The notes beneath the pieces are model-generated. The model ran no database searches. It saw only the letters and a program-made list of their open reading frames with translations, and was not told the DNA's origin. The translations under genes were made by a program, and so were the position numbers. Positions 9,009-18,490 of a stretch of 64,000 nucleotides of DNA are shown here, in pieces. The stretch is from an uncultured Holophaga sp. (lineage in GTDB: Bacteria; Acidobacteriota; Holophagae; Holophagales; Holophagaceae): the NCBI GenBank assembly GCA_963664825.1, contig OY761614.1, positions 1,536,001 through 1,600,000 on the forward strand. The letters run 5' to 3'. How positions within the stretch are numbered: position 1 is the first letter of the stretch; every line of letters begins with the position of its first letter.

Positions 9009-9876
9009 ACTCCTGAAGCTCCCCCACCGGCGGGACGTGCCCTTTGCTCGCCTCACGACCCTGGGTGTGGGGGGCCTCTGCCGCTGGCTCTTCGAGCCCA
9101 CCACTGAAATGGAGGCCCAGGCCTTCGTTCGGGCCTGCCACTCGGAGAGCCTGCCCTACCGCGTGCTGGGAGGGGGTTCCAATCTGCTGGTGCTGGGGGA
9201 TATCCCTGAGCCCGTGCTGCGCCTGCGCCTGGGTGCGGGGGTCGTACGGAAGGGCCATGAGCTGACGGCACCCTCCAGCCATGGTCACATCGCCCTGGCC
9301 CAGGCCGCGGCGGCCGAAGGCCTCTCCGGCCTGGAATGGGCCAGCGGCATCCCAGGGAGTCTGGGAGGGGCCATCCGCATGAACGCCGGCGCCCATGGTG
9401 GGGAATGGGTGCAGGTGCTCGCGCGCTACCGCTTCCTCACACCCGAGGGGGAGCTGGTGGAGAAGGCGCCGGAGCCTGGGGAATTCCGCTACCGGGGCAG
9501 TTGGCTGTCGGGGGGACAAGTGGTGCTCTCGGCCACGGCGCGCCTGGTGGAAGGCGATCCCCAGGCCATCCTCGCCCGGATGGCCGAATACCGGGGGAGG
9601 CGCGGCAACAGCCAGCCCCTTTCCAAGCGCAACGCGGGCTGCATCTTCAAGAACCCCCCCGGCCAGAGCGCCGGCCGAATCATCGAGGGCGCAGGCCTCA
9701 AGGGCCTGCGCATCGGCGATGCCGAAGTGAGCGCCGAACACGGCAATTTTCTCGTGAACCGTGGCCACGCCACGCCTGAGGATTTCGCAACGCTCCTGGC
9801 CCAGGTGCGGGAGAGGGTGCGGGAGACCCAGGGCGTGGAGTTGGAGACGGAAGTGGAAATCTGGGAGGCCGACTAG
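8986..9876 (+). CDS. murB: UDP-N-acetylenolpyruvoylglucosamine reductase
   Basis: LGGGSNLL, GIPGSLGGAIRMNAGA, AGCIFKNP, HGNFLVN and LETEV motifs. ATG at 8986 follows GGAG. Confidence 0.95.
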   Translation: MAHPLPDELLKLPHRRDVPFARLTTLGVGGLCRWLFEPTTEMEAQAFVRACHSESLPYRVLGGGSNLLVLGDIPEPVLRLRLGAGVVRKGHELTAPSSHGHIALAQAAAAEGLSGLEWASGIPGSLGGAIRMNAGAHGGEWVQVLARYRFLTPEGELVEKAPEPGEFRYRGSWLSGGQVVLSATARLVEGDPQAILARMAEYRGRRGNSQPLSKRNAGCIFKNPPGQSAGRIIEGAGLKGLRIGDAEVSAEHGNFLVNRGHATPEDFATLLAQVRERVRETQGVELETEVEIWEAD

Positions 9877-11447
9877 CCTGCCAGGCTTTTCCACACTTCC
9901 CCCAGGGACTTCAGCAGATGGGCGAAGTCCTCTTCCGGGTGGGGCACCATGAGGCAGACCTGGATCCAGTTCCGGTTGCGCAGGTAGCCGCTCTGCCAGC
10001 CCAGCTGGATGTGCCGGGCGGCCATCTCTTCCCCAAAAGCGGCAGCAGAGATCTCCCGGGGCAGAGCCAGCGTGATGGCGCAGGGATGGGCCCCCTCCGG
10101 CGGGGCGAGCACCGGCAGACCCAGTTCATCGCAGGCCCGGCGCAGGCGGAGGGACTGGGCGGCCAGAGCCTGGAAGGGGCCATCCCCATCGAATCGCTTG
10201 AGGGCCTGGGCCAAGGCGCCCACCAGGTTGGAACTATGGGTGAAGGGTGTGCCCTCGGCCTGATCCCAGGTGCCCAAGTCCAGGTATCTGGGCAGGTATT
10301 CGGAAGGTTCCAGGGGCCTATCGTGGAAGACGATGGCGAGCCCCGGGAATCCAGCCAGGGCCTTGCCACTGGTGGCTGCGGCAAAGCGCACGCCCTTGAG
10401 ATTAAGAGGCACGGCCCCCAGGGTGCTCACGCAGTCCAGGGCCAGATCTGCGCCCCTGGCGCCGCAAAGATCCTTGAGGGCTTGGATGGGATTAAGGACG
10501 CCTGTGCTGGTCTCGCCATGGACGGCCCAGATCCACCGGGCGCGGGGTTCCTGGTCCATCACGGTGGCCACGAGGCCCAGATCCAGGGGCTTCCCCCATT
10601 CCGATTGGACGGTGCGGAAATCCAGGCGCCAGCGATGGGCCTGTTCCAGCAGCCGGTCTCCGAATTCGCCGTTGCTGAGCACGAGCCCTGGGCCTTCCAG
10701 CAGGGAGAGCTGGGCCGCCACGGTCTCGTTGGCCAGGGTGCCCGTGCCTAGGAGGACCTGGACGAAGGGGGCCCCGGATAGCTTCTTGAGGCCGGCCCGG
10801 GTTTCTTCGAAGAGATTCCGGAAGACAGGACCTCGGTGGTAGCGGGCCGGGCGGTTCAGGGCTCGGCGCACATCGGCGGGGATGGGCACGGGGCCCGGCA
10901 AGAAATTGACGGGTTCCAGAACCCCTTCGAATTTCTTTCCAAAGACTTCGGCCCTCAGGAACATGGGCTGGTAGGGAGCCTCCTCGGTGCCTACCACGGG
11001 ACCGAAATCCTCGAAGCCCATGTGGTGGTAGAGTTTGGCCTGGCGCAGGGCGCCGGAGATCACCGCCAGATCGTGGCCCCGGCGCCCACACTCCTTCACC
11101 AGGCTCTCCAGGAGGCCTCGGAAGACGCCGGGGGCCCGATGCTCGGGCTTGATGGCCAGCAGGCGCACCTCGCAGAGGGAGCGATGGGGAGGGAGGTGCC
11201 GGTCCAGGTCTGGCAGCTTGGCATCCAGGCTGAAGGGGCGCCTCGCCCTCAGGGCGACCATCCCCACCACCTCGGCGCCATGGAGGGCCAGGATGTAGTG
11301 GTTCTCGTCATGGAAAGGGTCCCTCAGGCGCCCATTGGCCTGGGGAGGATGCTGAGGTATCTCGGAAGTGAAGGTGCCGTGGTTCAATTTTTCAATAGCC
11401 TGGAATTCCCAGGCTTCGGTCGCGGCCTTGAATCGATATGTTTCCAC
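9873..11447 (-). CDS. GNAT N-acyltransferase / class V PLP aminotransferase fusion; candidate N-acyl serinol synthase
   Basis: Residues ~1-170 are GNAT-like (CEVRLLAI, KLYHHMGF). Residues ~180-524 are class V aminotransferase (NFLPGP, NGEFGDR, HGETSTG, DCVS, TSGKAL with the PLP Lys). Confidence 0.8.
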   Translation of the reverse strand: METYRFKAATEAWEFQAIEKLNHGTFTSEIPQHPPQANGRLRDPFHDENHYILALHGAEVVGMVALRARRPFSLDAKLPDLDRHLPPHRSLCEVRLLAIKPEHRAPGVFRGLLESLVKECGRRGHDLAVISGALRQAKLYHHMGFEDFGPVVGTEEAPYQPMFLRAEVFGKKFEGVLEPVNFLPGPVPIPADVRRALNRPARYHRGPVFRNLFEETRAGLKKLSGAPFVQVLLGTGTLANETVAAQLSLLEGPGLVLSNGEFGDRLLEQAHRWRLDFRTVQSEWGKPLDLGLVATVMDQEPRARWIWAVHGETSTGVLNPIQALKDLCGARGADLALDCVSTLGAVPLNLKGVRFAAATSGKALAGFPGLAIVFHDRPLEPSEYLPRYLDLGTWDQAEGTPFTHSSNLVGALAQALKRFDGDGPFQALAAQSLRLRRACDELGLPVLAPPEGAHPCAITLALPREISAAAFGEEMAARHIQLGWQSGYLRNRNWIQVCLMVPHPEEDFAHLLKSLGEVWKSLAG

Positions 11448-11481
11448 TGGGCACCCGGGTTTTCAGGAAGGTGACACCAAT

Positions 11482-12072
11482 CTACCGCTCTTCCTGCTGG
11501 GGTGAACTCCCGAGTTTCAGCGTCTTTACATGGGTCGCTACCAGCAGTCCCGCGAGCAGCGTGAAGCCCAGGCAATCCCAGGAGTTCAGGCCGAGGGGAT
11601 GCCGCAGGAACCAAGCCAGGAAGGGGCCGACCAGCACGGCCAGCATCCCTCCCTGCTTGAAGCTGCGAGTCAGGCCCCAGCCAAGGAGGAGTGGAATGGC
11701 GAGAAGGGCCGCCAGCAGAGGGGATGTGGCCAGCAGGCCCCCCACGGCCGGAGAGATGCCCCGCCCTCCCTTGAAGCCCAGCTGGACGGGCCAGACATGC
11801 CCCAGCACCACCAGCATCCAGGCCAGGGGCGGCGCCCAGGGGCTCGGCACCAGGAGGCGCGCCACCATTACTGCGGCGAGGCCCTTGAATACGTCGAGGC
11901 CGAAGGTGAAGACGAAGGCTCCCTTCCCCAGGAGGCGTCCCGCGTTGCGGGCCCCCGTGCTCCCGCTGCCCGCAGTTCTCAGATCCAGGCCCTTCCACAG
12001 GGCCAGGTAGTAGCCCGCCGAGAGGCAGCCCAGGCCATAGGCAAAGAGGAGTGCGACGAGGAGCTGGGGCAT
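11482..12072 (-). CDS. plsY: PlsY-family acyltransferase with atypical motifs
   Basis: AYGLG, DLRTAGSGSTGARNAGR, LDVFKG and GHVWPVQLGFKGGRG motifs; about 6-7 TM segments. Confidence 0.8.
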   Translation of the reverse strand: MPQLLVALLFAYGLGCLSAGYYLALWKGLDLRTAGSGSTGARNAGRLLGKGAFVFTFGLDVFKGLAAVMVARLLVPSPWAPPLAWMLVVLGHVWPVQLGFKGGRGISPAVGGLLATSPLLAALLAIPLLLGWGLTRSFKQGGMLAVLVGPFLAWFLRHPLGLNSWDCLGFTLLAGLLVATHVKTLKLGSSPQQEER

Positions 12073-12149
12073 GGCAGGAATGCTCACCCACCCCGGGACC
12101 GCCGTCAAGATCGGAGGCATCCCTCCGGGATATGAGGTACGCTTGCGGA

Positions 12150-12944
12150 ATGGCGCTCTCCTCCCGGCCCCGCCCTCCCCGGCCCTGGTTCCCCTGGGTC
12201 CGGGCGCTGATTGTCATGATCCTGGTGGCTGGGGCGGGCCTGGGCGCGCTGGAATTGGGTCAGCGCTACCTGGGGCTCCAGCGTCTGACCATCGAGCAGG
12301 TGGCCATCACGGGGTGCCGCGGGGAGCGGTTGGCGGAAGTGCAGCGGGTGGCCAACGAGCTCTGCCTGGGTAAACCCCTCTTCTGGTTCGACGCGGCCAA
12401 ATTGAGGCTAAGCCTGGAGGAGAGGCGGTGGGTGAAGGGCCTGATCATCCGCCGGGACCCCCCCGATCGCCTGAGTCTGGTGCTGGAGGAACGCCAGCCC
12501 CTCCTCTGGCTGGCCCGGTCCACGGGCGTGTTCCTGCTGGCCGATGACGGGGTGGTGCTGGACAAGGTCAACCAGAGCAATTTATTGCCCATTCCCGTGG
12601 TGGCCGATCCCAAGAGCCAGACCGATGAATGCGTCCTCGCCTTGATCCGTACGGCGGCGGTGTTGCGGGATCGGCAGAAGGATTTCTTTGAGAGGGTCTC
12701 CGAACTCCGCTGGAGCTCCCGGGGGCCTGTAGCCTACCTGGAGGGCCTCCAGGCGCCGATCTACCTCTCCAAGCAGGATCCCGCGAAAAATATTCCGGAT
12801 TTCCAGGCCATCTATCTCGAGCGCTACGCCAAGACTCCGGAACTGGCCCGGGTGCGCTACTTCGATCTCCGCTGGGATGGAGATGTGGTGGCAGGGGATC
12901 TGGAGACCCTTGTCCCACCGAAGGTTATGGGCGATAAACAATAG
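12150..12944 (+). CDS. ftsQ: Cell division protein FtsQ/DivIB
   Basis: Single TM, POTRA-like region (WVKGLIIRRDPPDRLSLVLEERQP) and YFDLRW; lies upstream of ftsA. Confidence 0.85.
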   Translation: MALSSRPRPPRPWFPWVRALIVMILVAGAGLGALELGQRYLGLQRLTIEQVAITGCRGERLAEVQRVANELCLGKPLFWFDAAKLRLSLEERRWVKGLIIRRDPPDRLSLVLEERQPLLWLARSTGVFLLADDGVVLDKVNQSNLLPIPVVADPKSQTDECVLALIRTAAVLRDRQKDFFERVSELRWSSRGPVAYLEGLQAPIYLSKQDPAKNIPDFQAIYLERYAKTPELARVRYFDLRWDGDVVAGDLETLVPPKVMGDKQ

Positions 12945-13016
12945 ACAGGAGATTGTCCAGTCTCGAATTCCCCAGCTACCTGCGGCTATCATGAAGAAAA
13001 GGAACTAGGAACCCAC

Positions 13017-14234
13017 ATGGTGCAACCCGCCGTCCTCCTCGGCCTGGATCTCGGAGCAAGCAAGGTCGTCGCGGTCGTCGCGGTCCAGGGAGAAGGTGGC
13101 GTTCTCAACGTCACCGGGGCGAGTATTGCCAATTCCGAAGGCGGCATCTGCAAGGGCGAGATCACCGATATCAACCTGACCGTGGCGGCGGTGAACCGTG
13201 TGGTGGAAGAGGCCATGCGCACGGCGGGCCAGACGGCCCTCAGCGGCATTCGGGTCTCCGTCGATGGCATTCAGTTCAAGGGTGAGAATCTGCGTGATTC
13301 CATCACCATCTCCAATCCCGATCGCGTCATCACTGTGGCCGACCGGGACCGGGTCATGGAACAGGCCGCCAACGCCTGCAAGCTGGTCAAGGAGGAAACC
13401 GTCCTCCATCGCATTCCGCAGATGTTCCACATCAAGGGTCAGCGCGAGATCAAGAATCCCGTGAACATGGTGGGGGACACGCTGGAGGCGGAGATCCGCA
13501 TCATCGTTGCGCCCAGCTCGGTATTGGAAAACATCCACCGCGCCATGCAGCTCTCCTCCCTGCAGGGAGCCTCGCTCATCTATTCGCCCCTGGCCAGCGC
13601 CGAGGCCGTGCTCTCCCGGGAGGATGCGGAGAATGGCGCGGTCATCGTCGATATTGGCGATCAGCTCACCCATCTGGGCGTCTTCATCCGCGGGTCCCTC
13701 TGCCACTCCGCGGTGATTCCCATCGGGGGTCAGCACTTCACCAAGGATCTGGAGATCACCAAGCACCTGGGTGGCATCAGCGTGGCCGAGCGCATCAAGC
13801 GAGTCTATGGCACGGCCCTGCCTAGCCAGGTGGACGAGTCCGAACAGATCGAGCTGGAGGACGAAGGCCGCATGGTGTCCCGGCGTGAGCTGGCCGATGT
13901 CCTCCACGCACGCGCCATCGAGCTGTTGAACATGGTGCTCGCGGAGATCGGTCGCAGCGGCCTCGTCCATGAGATCCACGGCGGTGTGCATCTGGTGGGG
14001 GGGGGTGCGCTGCTGCCCCATCTGCCCATCCTCGCCCAGAGCATCCTGGGCCGTCCCCGGGTGGTGCTGGGCAAGGTCGTCGGGATCCAGGGCCTGCCCC
14101 AGGTCATGGGCAATCCCCTCTACACCAATGCCCTCGGCGCCGTGAAGTCCCTTCACCGGGACATGAACGACGCTTCCGGTCGTGCCGTGCGTAGCACGGG
14201 CGGCTTCTTCGAGAAATTCAAAAAATGGCTGTGA
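13017..14234 (+). CDS. ftsA: Cell division protein FtsA
   Basis: GLDLGASKV, VDIG, IPIGGQHFTKD and LVGGGALL motifs; C-terminal amphipathic helix FFEKFKKWL. Confidence 0.95.
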   Translation: MVQPAVLLGLDLGASKVVAVVAVQGEGGVLNVTGASIANSEGGICKGEITDINLTVAAVNRVVEEAMRTAGQTALSGIRVSVDGIQFKGENLRDSITISNPDRVITVADRDRVMEQAANACKLVKEETVLHRIPQMFHIKGQREIKNPVNMVGDTLEAEIRIIVAPSSVLENIHRAMQLSSLQGASLIYSPLASAEAVLSREDAENGAVIVDIGDQLTHLGVFIRGSLCHSAVIPIGGQHFTKDLEITKHLGGISVAERIKRVYGTALPSQVDESEQIELEDEGRMVSRRELADVLHARAIELLNMVLAEIGRSGLVHEIHGGVHLVGGGALLPHLPILAQSILGRPRVVLGKVVGIQGLPQVMGNPLYTNALGAVKSLHRDMNDASGRAVRSTGGFFEKFKKWL

Positions 14235-14257
14235 ACATGCATCCCGACGGAGTCTCC

Positions 14258-15475
14258 ATGCCCGAGGTCCCTTTCCTTCCCAGTCCCGTGCACCTCCCCG
14301 GCGCCAATATCAAGGTGGTGGGCGTGGGCGGCGCGGGGTGCAACGCCCTGGACCGCATGATCCTGAGTGACGTGGCCGGCGTACAGCTCATCGCCATGAA
14401 TACCGACCAGCAGAGCCTCGCCACCAGCCAGGCCCACGTGAAGATCCCCCTGGGTCCCTTGAGCATGAGGGGCCTGGGTGCGGGGGGCAATGCCGAGCGG
14501 GGTAGTCTCGCGGCCGAAGAGAGTCGGGACGAGATCCTCGCCAGCCTCCAGGGCGCCGATATGGTCTTCATCACCGCAGGCATGGGCGGCGGCACGGGCA
14601 CGGGCGCGGCCCCCATCGTGGCCGGGTGCGCCCGGGAGTTGGGCGCGCTCACGGTGGCCGTGGTGCTCACACCCTTCGGTTGGGAGGGGCCCGGCAAGGC
14701 CGTCAAGGCCAGTGCGGGCCTGGATAATCTGCGGGAGACCGCCGACACGGTCATCGTGGTCTCCAACGAGCGCCTATTGGCTCTCTGTGAGCGGAACGTG
14801 AAGACCAAGGAGGCCTTCCGCGTGGCCGATGGCGTGCTCATCCAGGGCGTGCGGGGCATCACGGATCTCATCCTACGCCCCGGAACGCTCAATGGCGACT
14901 TCGCCGATGTGGAAGCCGTCCTGCGCAATGGCCACGAGGCCCTGATCGGCACCGGCCAGGGCCGGGGCGAAGAGGCCATCCTGGACGCCCTCCAGAAGGC
15001 GCTGGATTGTCCCCTGCTGGAGCGGGACGCCTCCGGTTTTGCCTCCCAGGTCATCGTTTCCATCACCGCTGACTGGGATCGCGTGGAGCTCTCCGCGGTC
15101 CAGACCGCCATGCGCTACCTGCAGGAGCACTACCAGGGTCTGGCCGATATCAAGCTTTGCCAGGTGGAGGCCCCGGAACTGGAGGACAAGGCCCTCGTCA
15201 CGGTACTAGCCTCGGGTTTCGATCTGCCCATGGAACCCCTCCAGCTTCCGGTGCGGGAAGAGGCCCTTTGCGCGGCCGCGACGCCCGTCTTGAATACGGG
15301 GCCCGTCTATGGCGAGATGCCCTCGAGCTCCAATGCTGAGTATCCCGTGCCCTCGACGCCGACCCGCCTCCTGCCCCAGGGGCCCACGCCCAGTGGCGAA
15401 GTGCTGGGCATGGGGGAGGATCTGCATGTGCCGGCCATCATCCGCATGACCCAGGGACGACTGGGGATCGAGTAG
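14258..15475 (+). CDS. ftsZ: Cell division protein FtsZ
   Basis: IKVVGVGGAG, NTD, GMGGGTGTGAAP, NGDFADV and a C-terminal DLHVPAIIR peptide. Start chosen by the GGAG RBS; 14225 or 14237 are also possible. Confidence 0.93.
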   Translation: MPEVPFLPSPVHLPGANIKVVGVGGAGCNALDRMILSDVAGVQLIAMNTDQQSLATSQAHVKIPLGPLSMRGLGAGGNAERGSLAAEESRDEILASLQGADMVFITAGMGGGTGTGAAPIVAGCARELGALTVAVVLTPFGWEGPGKAVKASAGLDNLRETADTVIVVSNERLLALCERNVKTKEAFRVADGVLIQGVRGITDLILRPGTLNGDFADVEAVLRNGHEALIGTGQGRGEEAILDALQKALDCPLLERDASGFASQVIVSITADWDRVELSAVQTAMRYLQEHYQGLADIKLCQVEAPELEDKALVTVLASGFDLPMEPLQLPVREEALCAAATPVLNTGPVYGEMPSSSNAEYPVPSTPTRLLPQGPTPSGEVLGMGEDLHVPAIIRMTQGRLGIE

Positions 15476-15696
15476 ATCCTTCATAGCCTGCAAGCGGATT
15501 GCTGCCAGGGTTTCCTGCGGTAGCTCAAATGTTTTCCGTATGAATCTTAAAAAAGTGTATACTTCATCGCCACCAGTAAGATTTCATCCGAGTCACATTT
15601 TTCACATCCTCAAGGCCAGAACCTAATGGATGTTGCAGATGGGGATTCAGGGAGGGTCTGGAGTATCTGGGATGGATGTGACGATGGAGGCAGACC

Positions 15697-17379
15697 TTGG
15701 CCAACGCGGGAAAGCGCAGTGGTAGTGGTGGCGGACTGGGCGAGTCCCCTGAAGAAACGACGCGCCTACTCCAGGAGTTGCGCGCACGCCAGATCGAGCT
15801 GGAGACGCAGAACCAGGAACTCCGCCATACGCAGGCCGAACTCGCCGCGTCCCAGGCCCGCTATTTCGACCTCTATGATTTGGCGCCGGTGGGCTATATC
15901 ACCGTCGACGAATTGGGGTTGATCCTCGAGGCCAATCTCGCCGCTGGCACTTTGCTGGGTGCAGCGCGGGGCGAACTGCTGACCCAGGCGATCTCCCGCT
16001 TCGTCCTTTCCGAAGATCAGGGCATCTATGCCCAGCATTCCAAGCAGATATTTGCGACCTCCCAAGCCCAGGTATGCGAACTGCGGATGATGCGAAAGGA
16101 CGGGTCCTGGTTTTGGATGCGCATGGAGGGCACTGCGGCGCAGGCTTCTCTGTGCCGCATGGTGCTCATCGATATCACCGCCCGCAAGCATTCGGAGGAG
16201 GCTCTGCGGGAGAGCGAAGCCCGGAACCGCCACCTCCAGAAGGCCGAAAGCCTGGGGCGGATGGCTGGGGCCATCGCTCATCACTTCAATAACAAGCTGC
16301 AATCCGTGATGGCCAACCTGGAACTGCTGGATGGACCTCCCCTGGGTGTGGATCCGGCCAGATGTATAACCATGGCGAGGCGTGCCACCGAGAAGGCGGC
16401 GGAGGTGAGTCGCTTGATGCTGCTCTACCTCGGCCAGACCACTAGCCGCAGGGAACCCCGCTTCCTCGCCGAAATCTGCCGCAATAGCCTGCCCCTGGTC
16501 AGGGACACACTGCCTAGCACTGCGGTGGTGGAGACGGACTGGCCTGAGCCCGGTCCCGTCATCAGCGCCAATGAAAGTGAGATCCAGCGGGTCCTGATCA
16601 ACCTGGTCAACAATGCCTGGGAGGCCATGGATGAAACCCGGGCCCGCCTGCGCCTCGGCATCAAAAGGGTCCTGGCCGCCGATATCCCCACCGCCCATCG
16701 CTATCCAGCGGGTTGGCAGGCCCTTGGGTCGGAGTACGCCTGTCTGGCGGTGAGGGACAATGGCTGTGGAATTCCGGAAGGGGACATGGACAAGTTGTTC
16801 GATCCCTTCTATTCCACCAAATTCATCAGCCGCGGCCTGGGCCTCTCCATCGTGCTCGGGATCGTGCATGCCCATGATGGTGTGGTCACGGTGGAGAGCC
16901 GCCCAGGGGAATATTGTGTGTTCCGGATTTACTTCCCGGTTTCTCAGGAATTGCCCAATCAGCCGGAGCAGTCGGTTCCAGCCTCGGCAGCCGATGGCGG
17001 TGGCACCATCCTGCTGGTGGATGATGACGAACTCCTCCTGATGTCCACCGGGGCCCTGATCGAGATGCTGGGCTTCAACTTGCTCACCGCGAGAAACGGT
17101 GCGGAAGCCCTGGAGGTATTTCGCGAATACAAGGGCACCATCCGCTGCGTGATCACCGATCTGACCATGCCGCGCATGGATGGATGGGAAACCCTGACGG
17201 CCCTGCGCCAGATCGACCCGGTCCTTCCGGTGATACTCGCCAGCGGGTATGACAAGGCCCATGTGCTCTCCGGGGCCCACCCCGAAAAGCCCCAAGTCTT
17301 CCTGGGGAAGCCCTTCGGCCTTCAGGTGCTGCGGGAGGCCCTGGGCAAGGCCCTGGGCAGCGGGCAGCTTCGGGCCTAG
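15697..17379 (+). CDS. PAS-domain hybrid sensor histidine kinase/response regulator
   Basis: YDLAPVGY PAS, H-box AHHFNN, NLVNNA, DNGCGI, FDPFYSTK, GLGL, and a receiver domain (VDDD..TDLTMPRMDG..KPF). Confidence 0.9.
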   Translation: MANAGKRSGSGGGLGESPEETTRLLQELRARQIELETQNQELRHTQAELAASQARYFDLYDLAPVGYITVDELGLILEANLAAGTLLGAARGELLTQAISRFVLSEDQGIYAQHSKQIFATSQAQVCELRMMRKDGSWFWMRMEGTAAQASLCRMVLIDITARKHSEEALRESEARNRHLQKAESLGRMAGAIAHHFNNKLQSVMANLELLDGPPLGVDPARCITMARRATEKAAEVSRLMLLYLGQTTSRREPRFLAEICRNSLPLVRDTLPSTAVVETDWPEPGPVISANESEIQRVLINLVNNAWEAMDETRARLRLGIKRVLAADIPTAHRYPAGWQALGSEYACLAVRDNGCGIPEGDMDKLFDPFYSTKFISRGLGLSIVLGIVHAHDGVVTVESRPGEYCVFRIYFPVSQELPNQPEQSVPASAADGGGTILLVDDDELLLMSTGALIEMLGFNLLTARNGAEALEVFREYKGTIRCVITDLTMPRMDGWETLTALRQIDPVLPVILASGYDKAHVLSGAHPEKPQVFLGKPFGLQVLREALGKALGSGQLRA

Positions 17380-17432
17380 GACCCGGGCGTGGCTAGCTAG
17401 GAGTCTCCCCCCCGCCGCAAGGCTCCTAGGGC

Positions 17433-18377
17433 TTAGTGGGAAGGGCCGTCGATTTCCAGGAAGAGGGCGTGACTGAGATAGCGTTCGCCGCTATCGCAGA
17501 GAATGGCCACCACGGTCTTGCCCCGGCCCAGTTCGGCGGCCACCTTCAGGGCCGCATGGACGATGGCGCCGGTGGAAATGCCGGTGAGAAGGCCCTCCTC
17601 TCGAGCCAGGCGGCGAGCTACCCGGAGGGCGTCCTCGTAACCCACGTCCTCGATCCGCGTATAGGCTGCCCGATTGAGGATGGAGGGCACGAAATTGGCG
17701 CCCAACCCCTGGAGCTTATGGGGGCCCGCCTTGCCTTGAGTGAGCAGGGGCGAGTCCACAGGTTCCACGGCGACGACCAGGGTGCCTGGCTTCTTCTGGG
17801 CCAGCACTTCGCCGATGCCGGTGATGGTGCCCCCCGTGCCGATGCCTGCCACGAAGGCATCCAGCTCAGGGACCTGTTCCAGGATCTCGAGAGCCGTCGT
17901 GCGGCGATGGGCGTCGGGGTTGGCCGGGTTATCGAACTGGCGCACCAGGAAGTAATTCGGGTCCGTGGCCGCCAGTTCCTCGGCCTTGTCCACGGCTCCC
18001 TTCATGCCTTCGGAGCCTGGCGTGAGCAGAAGCTGGGCTCCATAGGCCTTCAGGAGGGCCCTACGCTCCTGCGTCATGGTGTCGGGCATGACAAGGGTCA
18101 TGGCGTAGCCCTTCGCCGCTGCCACGAAGGCTAGTCCTATGCCGGTATTGCCACTGGTGGCCTCCAGTAGCTTCATGCCAGGGCGCAGGACGCCACGGGC
18201 CTCCGCATCCTCGATCATGGCCAGGGCGATGCGGTCCTTCACGCTGCCGCCAGGGTTGGCGCTCTCCAGCTTCAGGAAGACCGTGGCACTACTATCGGGC
18301 ACGATGCGGTTCAGGCGCACGACAGGGGTGGCGCCGATGAGCTCGTAGGCGTGGTTCACTCGGTTGGGGCGGTTCAT
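17433..18377 (-). CDS. cysK: Cysteine synthase A
   Basis: KLESANPGGSVKDRIA, ATSGNTG, GIGTGGT and GPHKLQGLG motifs. Confidence 0.95.
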   Translation of the reverse strand: MNRPNRVNHAYELIGATPVVRLNRIVPDSSATVFLKLESANPGGSVKDRIALAMIEDAEARGVLRPGMKLLEATSGNTGIGLAFVAAAKGYAMTLVMPDTMTQERRALLKAYGAQLLLTPGSEGMKGAVDKAEELAATDPNYFLVRQFDNPANPDAHRRTTALEILEQVPELDAFVAGIGTGGTITGIGEVLAQKKPGTLVVAVEPVDSPLLTQGKAGPHKLQGLGANFVPSILNRAAYTRIEDVGYEDALRVARRLAREEGLLTGISTGAIVHAALKVAAELGRGKTVVAILCDSGERYLSHALFLEIDGPSH

Positions 18378-18490
18378 GGGGGCTCCCGGGAAAGGCGGCC
18401 TGGAGGCCGTGGTCATCACTTTGGGGGGGGCGCAGTCAAATGTCAACAATGTTAATCGAAATGCTTTAGAATGGAGCCTTGGAGGGAATG

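Noticed and set aside
17396..17419. CTAGGAG...CTCCTAG inverted repeat between the convergent kinase and cysK genes
   Set aside because: Short arms with a long loop and no U tract; not enough to call a terminator or element end (right arm at ~17413-17419).
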